DNA of 64,000 nt from NCBI RefSeq assembly GCF_009834535.1, contig NC_045696.1, forward strand, positions 16,494,001-16,558,000, read 5' to 3'. Both the position numbers and the translations under genes were made by a program. This document shows, one piece after another, positions 52,016-64,000 of this stretch. This stretch comes from Camelus ferus (taxonomy: Eukaryota). Under the pieces are notes generated by a model, which saw only the letters and a list, made by a program, of their open reading frames with translations, did no database searches and had not been told where the DNA came from. Position 1 is the stretch's first letter. The number at the start of each line of letters is the position of its first letter.

Positions 52016-53929
52016 AGTGAGAAATTTTAAATGAAAATGGTCATAACCACTAATTCATGAAGTTTCATTGTTATAGAGGCGGTAACTCTTCCCCAAGTCA
52101 CTTATAAATATGATGTATTTCAATCAAAGTTGTGAAAGTTTTTCAGGGGGCAGATTTGACAAAATGATTCTAAAGTTATCTATGAAACTAATGTATTCTA
52201 AAGCTAAAAAACAAGTGAAATAAACAGTGTTTGGTAAAAATTGTTTTAAAAAAGTGAGGAAATAACAAACACAAAACAGGATGGTGGTTACCTGCAGGTG
52301 TGTGTGTAGGAAGGAGAGGCAGGGGGATGGGACGGGGAGGACACAGGTAGGTGTAAGTTACCATTAATGTTCCTGTTCTTGGGCTGGGCGATGGATTAAT
52401 GTGTCTTTATTTCATTATTAAACAATAAATGAATGAATGCTATATAAATAAAGTAATATAAGTCTGTTCCAATAACTATGATTGATCAAGAATTACAATC
52501 ACCTCAGTTTCATGCACCTAAGGCTCGTTGTGAAAATTTAATGAGAGAGAAAACCTAAAGAAACTTTTCCATAGAAGAAGAAGATATGTGTGTGTGTGTG
52601 GGGGGGGGTGGGGTGGGATGGGGCGAGGAGGCATTAAGGGGTAGATTTAAGCTTCTTGGCATTAAAATATATTGTAAAGCTTTGTTAATAAAAGCAGTAT
52701 ATTCCCGGTCCAAAATCAATCTAAAGAAATAGAGTAGGAAGTCCAGAAATAGATGTGTGTTTTGTGTATTAATGATGATGAATGATGTGTCGAAGATAAT
52801 TTAGCATAGTTAACCTGGGCTATCTTGTTCTCAATAGATTTTTATTGTCTTCATTAAGTTGATATTTCCTACCAATGTCAGACAGAATAAATCATTTAAA
52901 AATTATTTTGAGACAGTTACTAAAAATTCAGAAAGAGATTAAGCTCCATTTCTTGCTTCCATAATAATTAAAATAAATTTCAGTTGGAATTACTATTTAA
53001 ATAGAAAAAGAAAACAGAGATATTGGAAAACAATATGAGCAAGTATTTATGTAATTGAGAAGCATGTGAAAGACTTCATAAGTATAAACGTCAAAGAAGT
53101 AAACAAAAAGGCTTTTGATTTTTGCCTCTTCTGTTAAACAATATTTTGGAGCGAGCCTTTCCTCCCCTAGGACTTTGTGGTTAGTTGCCTTCAGGAAATC
53201 TTAGCCAGACTCATTTCTATGCCCCTCTTCAGAGAGATTTGCCTTTTCTAAAGGGGTATGTGAATTTTTTTTTCATTTATCCTTGAAGTTCAATCAATTA
53301 AAAAAGATAGTTATGAGTGAGCCATAGTCTGCCACAGATGTCCCTGAAATATGTATACTCTTACTTGGCATATTTGGGTTCTTTCTTCATTTTTGAAAGA
53401 TTTTTCCAAATTATATCTTTGACTATTTTTAATAAAAAATATTTTGTTGGATTTAAGATGACTGGTGAATATTACCCATTTCTTTCCTTCTCAAGTTTGA
53501 AAACAAGCAAGAAATAAGACCCAGGAGACAGATTAGTAGAGTTTAATATGCTACCTTTATTACAGTAAAGCTGGAAAGTATGCCTTGGGAGCTGAGGCCA
53601 AGTGGATTTCTGATAGTCCTCCTGCATTAGACAGACTTACTCACCGTGTTTCATGCCCCTCAGACAGCCCTGTGAGTCGCCCTGAGATGGAGAGCTGGTT
53701 GTACCTCTCCACAAACAGGAAGGTCAGAAGCAAGGGCCAGCGGGCACAGAGCCACGCCTTTCCAGTCCTTTATTCCAAATTCACCCGTCAGGTAAATCAA
53801 TCTGTCCCAGGGGAAAACAGAAGGAAAGGACAGACTCAAGGTGAAATAGCTGTTCCACATTTTTTCCTCTCAGAGAACCGAGTATTGCTTCCCTCTCTCA
53901 ATAGAAAGACGAAGCAGGGGGAAATAAGA

Positions 53930-54456
53930 GGTTGATAAAGAGTCCTTGCTTGAGCCAGCCTGAGCCAGGCTCCTGAACCTCCTCCTAGGCCCAGCTGTGA
54001 CCTTCCTTGTAAAATCTAGTTTTGGGAAGAACTTGGCTATATCAGTTTGATGAGAACCACCACCCCTGGCACCATGACCCTTCACCCTTCACGATGTCCG
54101 ATCACCTTTGAAACCTGATCATCTGACCTGGTTCTTCACCGCCCTCCCCCACCCCCCACCTTCCCCCGGGGAGTGTTTTCTCATCCGGGCCTGTCTTCAG
54201 CAAAGAATCCTGTCAGGTCAGTTTAGCCAGAATCTCCCTTACCCCTGATGTTTCTTCTTAAAAATTTTCTGTCCGCTGACCCTCACCCTGCTCCTTGGCT
54301 ATAAATTCCCACCGACCCAGGCTGTCTTCTGAGTTGAGCCCAATCACTTTCTCTTGTAAAATTCCATTGCAATGGTCCCTATACCTGTCACGGTGGTCCT
54401 GCATAAAGTCTGCGTTACCATCTCTAACAAGTGTCATCGAATACTTTTTTCCAACA
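53930..54456 (+). mobile_element. ERV1-type solo LTR (MER21/MER39-like); 5' boundary uncertain
   Basis: aagaatcctgtcaggtcagtttagccagaatc, TATA-like ggctataaattcc, degenerate polyA signal cATAAA, ending near ttaacaagtgtcat. Confidence 0.65.
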
Positions 54457-55416
54457 TTATTTGGAGGGTTTTCTATTTCAGACAACAGTTATGACAGTCT
54501 ATCTTTTTTACCTCGATTCCTTCATTTTTAGTTTTTCTCTGATTGCTTTAATCTCTTTATCATCTGTCTTCCGTGTGACTGTCTCCATCTTTCCTCCATG
54601 ACAATTATTCAGTCTGTAGCCATGTGTGTTGTGTTTCCTGTTTTTTAAAATTCATCCATTAAGTCTTTGCTAATATTATTTTGGCCCTCAAGTTGTTTCA
54701 TTAAACCTGCAATCCTCTCATGTCATTCTTAAAAAAAAAATGTTTGAGCATTTTTGTTAATATTCTGAATAGTTTGACGCACTTGGGCATTTTTTTCCCT
54801 TAGGTTATGTGTATTTTCCTCCTTCTCTCCCTTAATCCTTTCTTCCCTCCCTCTCTTCCTTGCTTTCTTTCTTCCTTCCTCTGTGTAGCCTGCATGCTTC
54901 CCAGGCCATTCCTTTTTCTAGCTTACTCATGCTTGGGTGGCTTTGCCCAGAAACTTGCTTTGATTTGATAGAGTGTGGGAAGATTCTTACCTCCCTTTCC
55001 ACCATCCCTTTGACATATTTACTTCCTCCACAACTTGAGTGCTAAATTTGTGGTGATCCATCTCCTTTTGGTAGCAGTAAAGCTAAGCAGTGACTGGGAG
55101 GAAGAGCTCAGCTAAGGGGCTGTGCCACCATTATTGGAAGACCTGAACTCTGCTGTCTCTTCCAAGATCGCGTAAACCAGGGCGGCCACTCCAGGACCCA
55201 CTGGACCTGATTGGGGGTTGTACTCCATTCCTGGGGGTGAATATCTTTGCATTACAGGTGGGATCCCCAGTTTGTTATGTATAACTCTGGGTCTCGTCTC
55301 CAACATTATTATTTTTTTTAAAACCAGTTTCTCTCTACATTTGTAGTATTCTAGAGTCAGAACAGGGGAAAGACGATACTTCCCCTCCTCTGCATTTAGC
55401 TCCTTATAGACGTGAG

Positions 55417-56035
55417 GTGTGGTTGGCATAAGGTCCTATGCCTCCCCTAAAGATGTTTGTGCCCCAGTCCTTGGAACCTGTGAATATGTTATGGTACATA
55501 GCAAAAGGGACTTTGTAGATGCAATTAAAGTTACTGACCATAAAATAGGGAGATTATTTTTGGTTTACCCAAGAGGGCCCAACCAAATCACATGAGCCCT
55601 TAAAAGCAGAGAACTTTCTCCAGCTGGAGGCAGAAGAGATAAGGCAGAAGGAGAATTCAGAGAGATTCAAAGCATGAAGAGGACTCAACAGGAAGTTGCC
55701 GGTTTGAAGTGGAGGGGCAACCTGCTGAGGAATTAAGGAGCTGAGAGAGGCTGCTGGCTGACAGCCAGGAAGGAAACAGAGACCTCAGCCCTACAGCCCA
55801 AAAACCGAACTCTGTCAACAGCCTGGATGAGCTTGGAAACAGACGCTCTCAGAGCCTCCAGATAAGAGCCCAGCTTGCCAAAGACTTGATCTCAGCCTGC
55901 GAAACCCTGGCCAGAGGAACCAGCTGAGCTCACCAGACTCCTGACCTACAGAGCTGTGAGATAATAAATTTGTGTTGTTTTAAGTGGCTAAATTTGGGGT
56001 AATTTGTTATGGCAGCTATATAAAATGAACGCCTG
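55417..56035 (+). mobile_element. MLT1E-like LTR
   Basis: ggaacctgtgaatatgtta ... gacctacagagctgtgagataataaatttgtgttgttttaag. Confidence 0.8.
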
Positions 56036-56434
56036 GATGTATTAGTTAGAAATGTTGTAATTTTGCTGACTAGACTGGTCTGTGAACAGGATGGGCAGGG
56101 GTGGGGGTAGGATTTACTTTGCTAAGCTACCTGGTTCTACTCCAGGCTCTTCTTGGGCACCTTTTGGGGAAATAATATAAAAATAATTAGACTCTGCTTT
56201 TTTGGGGGCAGCTTTTCGTGAATTTATCTTGTTCATTTGAAAGTATATGTGCTTGAAATCATGTGGTATTGGAAGAGAGAGAATCAGTATAGCTTCATTC
56301 AACCTTTTGGGTCCAGAAATCTCATCAAATCATCAGACATGAGTGTGACGGAGCATTTCATGCATCTAGAATCAAGACACACTAGTGAAAATAAAGGCTG
56401 TTTGAAAATAAAATAAATTATATATATGTGTTTG

Positions 56435-56947
56435 TGTGCAATAGTTAATTTTACATACCAACTCACCTGGGCCAGGGGGTGCCCAGATATTTGGTCAAAC
56501 ATTATTTCTGAGTGTGTCTGTGGGTGTGTTTTCAGAAGTTATTAGCATTTGAATTCATAGATTGAGTAGAGCAGACTGCCCTTCCCAATTTGCGTGGGCA
56601 TCATTCAATCTGTTGAGGGCTTGAATAGAATAAAAGCTGGGGTAAGAGAGAACTTGCTCTCTGCCTGACTGCATGAGCCGAGACATTGGTCTTATGCCCT
56701 TGGGCTGGGACTTACACCATTGGTTCTCCTGCTTCTCAGGCCTTTGGACTTGCACTGGAACCACACCACTGGCTTTCCTGGGTCTCCAGCCTGCAGACAG
56801 ATTGTGGGATTTCTCAGCCTCCATAATACATAATGTGAGCCAATGTCTTATGAGAAGTCTACAGTTATATCTCTTTATTATCCATCTATCCATCTTTCTA
56901 TTTATCTCCTATTGGTCCTGTTTCTCTGGAGAACCCTGACTAATACA
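56435..56947. mobile_element. MLT2B-like LTR
   Basis: gtgcccagatatttggtcaaacattatt ... tctctggagaaccctgactaataca. Confidence 0.85.
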
Positions 56948-57416
56948 GGGTGTGTATATATTTCTATGTACACACAAATAGGACACAATATACTTTTATT
57001 TTATTAATATATGAAAGCTGAAAATATAAATTAAACAAATATTTATTCTTCTTTCTGGAAAGGTAAAGTATAAAAAGTAGCATGACTTTAACTTTGAAGA
57101 GAATATCAATTGTAGCCCCAAACACTCATCTTGGTCGCAGGAATGAAAATTGGAATATGAGAATGGATTTCTTGAATTTATTGTTTTGGACTTCTAGTAT
57201 TTTCATCCCACAGAAATGTGCCAGGAGCCTGTCTTGTGTCAGTACTGGTTGTTGAGGAGTGAGTGATGAGCAAGGTAGATCCTATCTCTGCCTTTTAGGA
57301 GCATTTGTGACAGCCCAAGAGAGCAGGTTTGGTTCAATTAAGTCAGCAAGCATGGGCTCATATTGATATGAATATGGTTGACCAAGGCATTCTTCTGAGT
57401 GTACTCTTATCCTGCT

Positions 57417-57558
57417 ATTTTTTGGGGGGCTAATTAGATTTTTAAAATTTATTTATTAATTTGTTATGTATTTGTTTACTTTAATGGAGGTCTTAGGGAT
57501 TGAACCCAGGACCTCATGCAAGATAAGCATGCCCTCTACCACTGAGCTATACCTTCCC
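57417..57558 (-). mobile_element. tRNA-derived SINE (Vic-1-like), second copy
   Basis: Same family as 17707-17811 (gggattgaacccaggacctcatgca ... ctctaccactgagctatac). Confidence 0.85.
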
Positions 57559-57977
57559 GACTTACCAAGCCCTCTTCTGTGCTGTTGGGCTCTACCAGTG
57601 TTCCTGTTATAGGGTGTGCTGGGAAATACCAGTCACTAAACAAATGTCATAAAATAGAGGACATGCAGTAGAGGAATGAACCAACTCAGTAGCCAAATGA
57701 AGATTTCTCTGAGGAAACCTCTAAGGTAAATGGTAATTAGAATCTAACCAGTTGATGGGGAGGCCTGGAGAGCCTGCCAGGCAGAGGCAGAAGACTCAGG
57801 GGATATAGAGAGCATGGTAAGGTTGTCTGACTGGTAGGTGTTTTTTATGGTGGGAGGAAGAGAGTAGGGTGGAGTTGGGCTAATTTCTGGACTTTTGTCA
57901 GCAGCTATAAGGTAATACCATTTTGTCTGTCTTGATCAACTGCCACAATAACTTGGGGGAATCAGGAAATAGCATGA

Positions 57978-58920
57978 TTTTTATTTTTCTTACTTTATTG
58001 AGATATAACTGACAGATAACACTGGGTAAGTTTAAGGTACACAACGTAGTGATTTTATATACATATGTATATATTGAAAAGTGGTTATCACAAAAACGTT
58101 AATTAACACACCCATCACCTCATATAGTTACAATTCCTTTTCTGTGGTGAGAAGTTTCAAAATCTATTCTCTAAGCAACTTTCAAATATACAATACAGTA
58201 TTGTTAACTATGGTCACCATGCTGTACATGACATCCCTAGAACTTACTCATCTTATAACTGGAAGTTTATACCCTTTGACCACCTTCACCCATTTCCCTA
58301 CCTACCCCCCCAATACCTTTGCAACTGCCACTCTGTTCTCTGTTTCTATGAGAAACAGAAAATTCCACGTGTAAGTGAGATCACGCCATATTTTTCTTTC
58401 TCTATTTGACTTATTCACTCAGCATGATGCCCTCAAGTTTCATCCATGTTGTTACAAGATTTCTTTCTTTTTTTTTTATAACTGAGTAATATTCATTGGA
58501 ATATATATATATATATCAAATTTTCTTTATCCATTCATTCATTTATAGACACTTACGTTGTTTCCATGTATTGGCTATTGTAAATAATGCTGCCATGAAC
58601 ACAGAAGTGCAGATATCTCTTCAAGATAGTGATTTCATTTCCTTCAGATGTGCACTCAGAAGTAGAATTCCTGGATTGTATGGTGGTTCTATTTTTAATT
58701 TTCCAAGGAGCCTCCATACTGTTTTCCATAGTGGTTGTACCAATTTACATTTCTACCAGCAATGCCCAAGTGTCCTCTTTTCTCCACATCCTTGCCAACA
58801 CTTGCAATTTCTTGTCTTTTTGATGACAGCCATTCTAACAGGTGTGAAGTCATATCTTGTGGTTTTGATATGCACTTCCCTGATGATTAGCTATGTTGAG
58901 CACCTCTTCATGTGTTTGTT
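57978..58920 (-). mobile_element. L1MA-like ORF2 end and 3'UTR
   Basis: ttccatgtattggctattgtaaataatgctgc, ctccatactgttttccatagtggttgtaccaatttacatt. Confidence 0.88.
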
Positions 58921-59186
58921 TCAGCCTGATTTTTAACACATAATCTTCATTAGACATGTTTTATCGACACTCTATAGAATGGAAATCTTCAGGGAAAATG
59001 ATACTGAGTCTATGGATTGTTATTATCATGCTGTGCGGCTGGTGACTCTTATCTTTGATGGAGCCCAGAATATGGTTGCCAATTGCCCTATGTTCCTTTA
59101 TTCACTCATTTCTCCATTTTTTTCAACAAACACATTTAATATATTGTTTGCCCCCTTTAGTTTGTTCTCAGTCATTGGGCATAGAT

Positions 59187-59705
59187 CTGTGTTAGTTTTC
59201 TATCACTAGCAACAAATTGCCACAAACTTAGTGCCTTAAAACAACAGCACAAGTTCATTCTCTCACAGTTCTGTAGGTCAGAGTTGGACACTGAGCACTG
59301 GGCTAACACAAGGTGTTGGTAGGGGTATATCTCTTCCTTGAGGTTATAAGGAGAATCTGTTTCCTTGCTTTTTCTGGCTTCAAGAGGCTGCTCTTATTCC
59401 TTGGCTGGAGGGTCCCCTTTTAATTTTTGAAAGCAACATAGCATTTCTCTGAGCCAGCTTGCCTTGTCATATCCCTTTCTCCAATTCTCTTCTGTCTCCC
59501 TCTTCCATTCTTAAGAACACTTGTGATGAAATTGGGTCTACCCAGATAATCCAGGAAATCTCCCTCTTTTAAGGTCAGCCCAATAGCAACCTTAATTCCA
59601 TCTTCAACCTCAACTCCCTTTGCCATGTGATGTAAGATATTCATAGGTTCTAGGAATTAGAACATGGACATCTTTTGCGGGGGGTGACATTATCCTGTCT
59701 ACCAT
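59187..59705 (-). mobile_element. MLT1C/D-like LTR
   Basis: caaacttagtgccttaaaacaac ... ggaattagaacatggacatctttt. Confidence 0.8.
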
Positions 59706-60316
59706 GATTCCTTGCAATCTACTTCTTGTCTTTTCTTATTTGGGTAACATAAAACTGATCTCTTGACTTTTTTCCTCTAGGCACCCCTCTCTCTAGAGGG
59801 GTTGATCTCTTGCCTGTGGTCCCCTCCTTTGACCCCATCTCTTCTGTACCTCCTGCACTCTCATCCCCATCAGCCTAGCTGACGCCCAGATCTGACATTT
59901 TCTGGCTTGCTTTTCCCTTCTGTTATCAACTACATTTTTGAATTCTAGGCACATCTTATCCTTTGTCTTTGGGCAAGCTACTCTATTCCTCCCAATGCTG
60001 TGAGTTACATGGTTAAAATGTAGAGAGTGAGTTGTAGCAAGTGATTGTAATGAGCCCTCCTCTAATTCCAGCTGTGAAGAAGGACAGATAGCACCCTTTT
60101 GCTTGGTGTTATGCAGTAATAGCTGCTGTTCTTAAAATTTCATCACTAGCATTCATCACTTTATTTTTCAATTAGCTTTACCACAGTAAGAACAATGTTA
60201 GAAATGGCTTACAAGGAAGGACTTACAGAGCCAGAGAGTGTGAGAAGCAATGACATTATCTAAAATTTTTACAAGGTGTGCAAAGTACTTAGAATCAGGG
60301 AGATTATTTTTATTTG

Positions 60317-60458
60317 CACTTGTGATGACATGGGGTCTACCCAGATAATCCAGGAAATCTCCCTCTTTTAAGGTCAGCCCAATAGCAACCTTAATTCCAT
60401 CTTCAACCTCAACTCCCTTTGCCATGTGATGTAAGATATTCATAGGTTCTAGGAATTA
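60317..60458 (+). repeat. Direct duplicate of 59518-59659
   Basis: 140 of 142 bp identical by eye; this also explains the two ORFs with identical N-termini (59420-59644 and 60198-60443). Confidence 0.95.
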
Positions 60459-63400
60459 AACAAAAATTCATTAGAGAAAATTTTTTAAATGCTAGTCAAA
60501 TTAACAATTAAAATACTGAAGAAGCTTTTAGCTGACTTTTACAAACATGAAGATTTGGTGAAAATTTCACAACAAATCACAGAAATCTATTGATTTCACA
60601 GATGAAGAAGTTTTCAGTGTTTTGGAAATATCTTCTTATACAATTTAAGTATTATATTCCATTCTATTAGAAATCTGAATTTATAATAAATGGGGAAAAT
60701 GACCTAAATGCACAACGATGATACCAATTTTCTAAAATGGCAATCTGAACAACTTGGTTATATTCTATTTCAATTACAGATAATACTCATTTTTCTTTAG
60801 TTTTTATTTAACAGGCAAAGCATTGTTCATTCTTACAAAGTAAGTTTTTAAGCCTTAAATTTGTAGTGCATAAAAATTAAACCTACTTAGAATATTTGTA
60901 TTTTATTATTACAATAAAACAGTTTTAAGGTTCTCTAAAATGTGCAATAATATTTCAGTGAAAAGTGATTGGTGAGAAAAATGAGAAAATAACATCTACT
61001 TTCATGATTTTTGAAAAATTTCCATTAAAAAAAAAACAGGTCAGGATATCTGCAGAAGCAATTTACATACCATAAGATGTACTAGATGAAAAATGTAGAC
61101 CTGGTTTTATTTTTTAGATTACTCTCAGGCTGAATTATCTACCTCTAATAGTAGGACCAAATTTCATAGCCAGATCAAGTGGAAGAATAAAAAGTCTTTA
61201 GTGGACTTTCAGTTCATTTTGCTAATAAACAGCAATTCAGAAAAGAGTTAAGCCTCCAAAAATGAAAGTAAATGTTTCAACATGACCTCTCAGAAACCTA
61301 CTCACATCCCTTTGTCCCGCCAATAAATGAATTCTGTTTGGTGATGGTAGTGTGTATTTGATGTTAGTGAAAGTTTGAGATCCTTCAACTTCATTTATTA
61401 TTCATTTTAGATTTTTCTCCTAAGGATCAGAACTGAACTGCTGATTTATGACGTGCTCTCTTAGGCATTCAGGTGATTTTGGTTTTGCTTGGCTGATTCA
61501 ATTTAGTGGGTGGAATTGCAGCGTGGTAATAACAACACAGTTTAAAAGCATTTGAGGAAATAATCACTTGATTCTTTGTGCTCCCGAAGTTCCCAATCAG
61601 CCAATTGTAAAGTAACTTGCTTGTAACGTTGGCAACAAATTTGATTAGTAACTATTCGCTTCTTTAACAGACCCAGTGTGCTCCTTTACAAGTGTAATAT
61701 ATTGGGAAGATAAAGACTTTTGTTCAGAACCTCCTCCACTCAACTTGAAACATACTCAAACTTTCGAGTCCCAGGCTGAAAATGTTTAACGTGGTCTTTG
61801 AATGTATCACCTGGACTCATCTCAGGTTATCAGAAATCTGGGAGTAGAGAACAAGACCTGATATGAAATAGATTTTAAGAAGTGGAAAAGGCAGCCCTTT
61901 GTTTCTTAAAATACTGAATTTACTTAAAGAGCTGATGTTTAAGAGGGAACACGAGCAGTTCGAAGAGGGTATTTTTTATGTGTGTGTGTGTGATGTTGCA
62001 GTAACGAGAAGAATCTAAATCACATTTCCTGTAATGTCCCAAGATTGAATGTTACATGTAAAAAAAGCACACGTTGATAAAAGGAAACCAACCTGTTTTC
62101 TATGCTGAGGAATGGGACTTTGAGACACGCTTCAGAGAACAATGTGGGTGGGGAGTTTTTTAAATGAATTATCCACCTGCCACGTATTCAGAAAATTTTG
62201 GTCAAGACAGTCCTTTGATTTTAGTAACACATGGGATTTCACACTTTCTCTGAGCAATTCAAGTTTCCTTCTCAGAATCTTTTAACTGCTTAGCTTCAAT
62301 TGTATCATGTCATAAACTGAAACATTTATGGGCTCAAATGTAAAATGGTTCTTAAAAATAAAGTTGAAAAATAATTTTAGTAATAAAATATTGGGTAAGA
62401 TTTGAAAATCCTTATTCAATGTAGTACTCAATGGAAGAGAAAAGACTTAAGTAGATAAAGTAGATTCCAGTGCCTCACTGTTTCATCCATATTTGGAATT
62501 GTGAATTAAAGCCCTTCTATCATAGAATATGGATAATCAGAGACTGCATTTTAAAATTAATTAATCAAAGTGCCTCCTATTTTTGTTTTATTAAAAATTC
62601 AAGCATAGGAAATTGTATTTGACATTGAGAGAAGAACATAGGACACAAAAGTAATCACTGGTGAAAAACGTTATTTATTATCAATACAAAAATCAAAATA
62701 ATAGAATTTAATGTAACTTATTCTAGGGAACCTATTTAAAGAATTTGTCAATTTAAAGAATTTAAAGCATAGGATTATACATCAGTTCTTTTCTAACTGA
62801 CATTCAAAAATGTACTTAATATAAACCAGAGCTCTTTGTTAGATAAAAACCTAGGTTAGTGTAGAGCATCATAGTTTAAGTGAGATTGTTAGACATTTTG
62901 AATAATTTTCTTCCTAAAATTTTACTGAAAGGAAAATGCTTCTGTGAGTAGTAGGCAATTATATTCTTAATTTAAATATTTACTTTAGAAAAAAATGATT
63001 TAGATGTTACTTATGAATGAGTTTTGAAAGTGCTGGATCTTACAGTTGGGCATGAGTCAACATGGATTTTTTGACAAATAAATCCCATCAAATGAACTGA
63101 CTTTTTAAAAACTGAAATAATCATGGTCATAGACACTCCCCTTAAATAAGATCCAACCCACCTGTCTAGACAAAGTGACTTATATAGTTACTATTTGATT
63201 TTAGAATTCCTGGAATATACTAGTCACACCTACCATTTGCTGGGCAACTACTTTATGTCAGACATTTTACCAGGCATCTTTCATGATTTCTCATTAAGTT
63301 CTCAAAAAGTCATGGGGCCATTGTGTGCATATTACAGATAAGGAAAATGGGGTCTCAGTTTAAAAGATTTGTCCCACGTTGTACTGTAAGTGGCAGAGAC

Positions 63401-64000
63401 AGAGCTGAGATATGTCTTTTTCTGAAGCCTCCGTTCTTTCCCTCAGCCTCGGACTGTCTCACCCAAGGCCAAAGACAGCCCTGGCTCCAGGAATCCCAGC
63501 AAAGTCTTGGGCAACCCCAGGTGGGTTGGTTCCTTGATCTGCAGGTGTGTTCTAATGGCTGCTGGAGAGTCAGTAAGGCCATTCTGCTCTGTTAGAAGCT
63601 TCCTATGCCTGCTAAATTATCTGCACTTGGTGAAGCCATTTTTCTGACCAATAAGATAAAACTCAAGAGACCTGCCTCCCAGAATAGCTGGATCTCCGTG
63701 CTGCCCAGCTCTTGATGCACAGACAAAACTGAGATTGTTATTTACTCATCGATCCCAATCTTTAGCAAAACTTCAGAACTCTTAGCTAAAATGCTCCAGG
63801 CATTTTATCATAAATCTGTAACGCAGGACTGAATAAAAAAGATTAAAGCAGAAAATTATGAATTCAAAAAGAAATTCTAGTAAATACATTCAAGGCAGAC
63901 AGTTCACTGAAAGGATCAACTACTAGATAGACCTCAAGCAAAACAACAAAAATAATAACAGCCACAGGAAAAAGATGTATTTTCATCTCTGTGTCTAATG

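Noticed and set aside
58496..58936. 146-aa ORF (and 144-aa ORF at 3686-4120)
   Set aside because: Antisense readings of L1 sequence.

Overview
Mammalian genomic DNA, probably a camelid (inferred from two short tRNA-derived SINEs resembling Vic-1). It is orthologous to the MRPL39-MIR155HG region of human chr21. The + strand carries the last four coding exons and polyA signal of MRPL39 (2072-8001). The - strand carries the complete three-exon MIR155HG/BIC gene: a CpG-island promoter with TATA, AP-1 and ETS sites at about 29.5 kb, exon 2 at about 21.9 kb, and exon 3 from 18366 containing the miR-155 hairpin at 18216-18279. Upstream of MIR155HG lies a repeat-rich intergenic region. It contains a decayed, 5'-truncated FAT1 processed pseudogene (43791-46634) inserted inside an MLT2 LTR, which itself sits in an L2. 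There is no prokaryote-type system, and almost all ORF-track entries are spurious. The most interesting points are a 15-aa miPEP155 orthologue, a competing 68-aa overlapping ORF next to a shifted exon-2 acceptor, a SINE-donated polyA signal in exon 3, the nested FAT1 retrocopy, a polyA-tailed retroposed LTR fragment, and a near-identical 142-bp local duplication. Gene identities and comparisons with human rest on recalled sequences, not database searches. Repeat family names and boundaries were judged by eye and are approximate.
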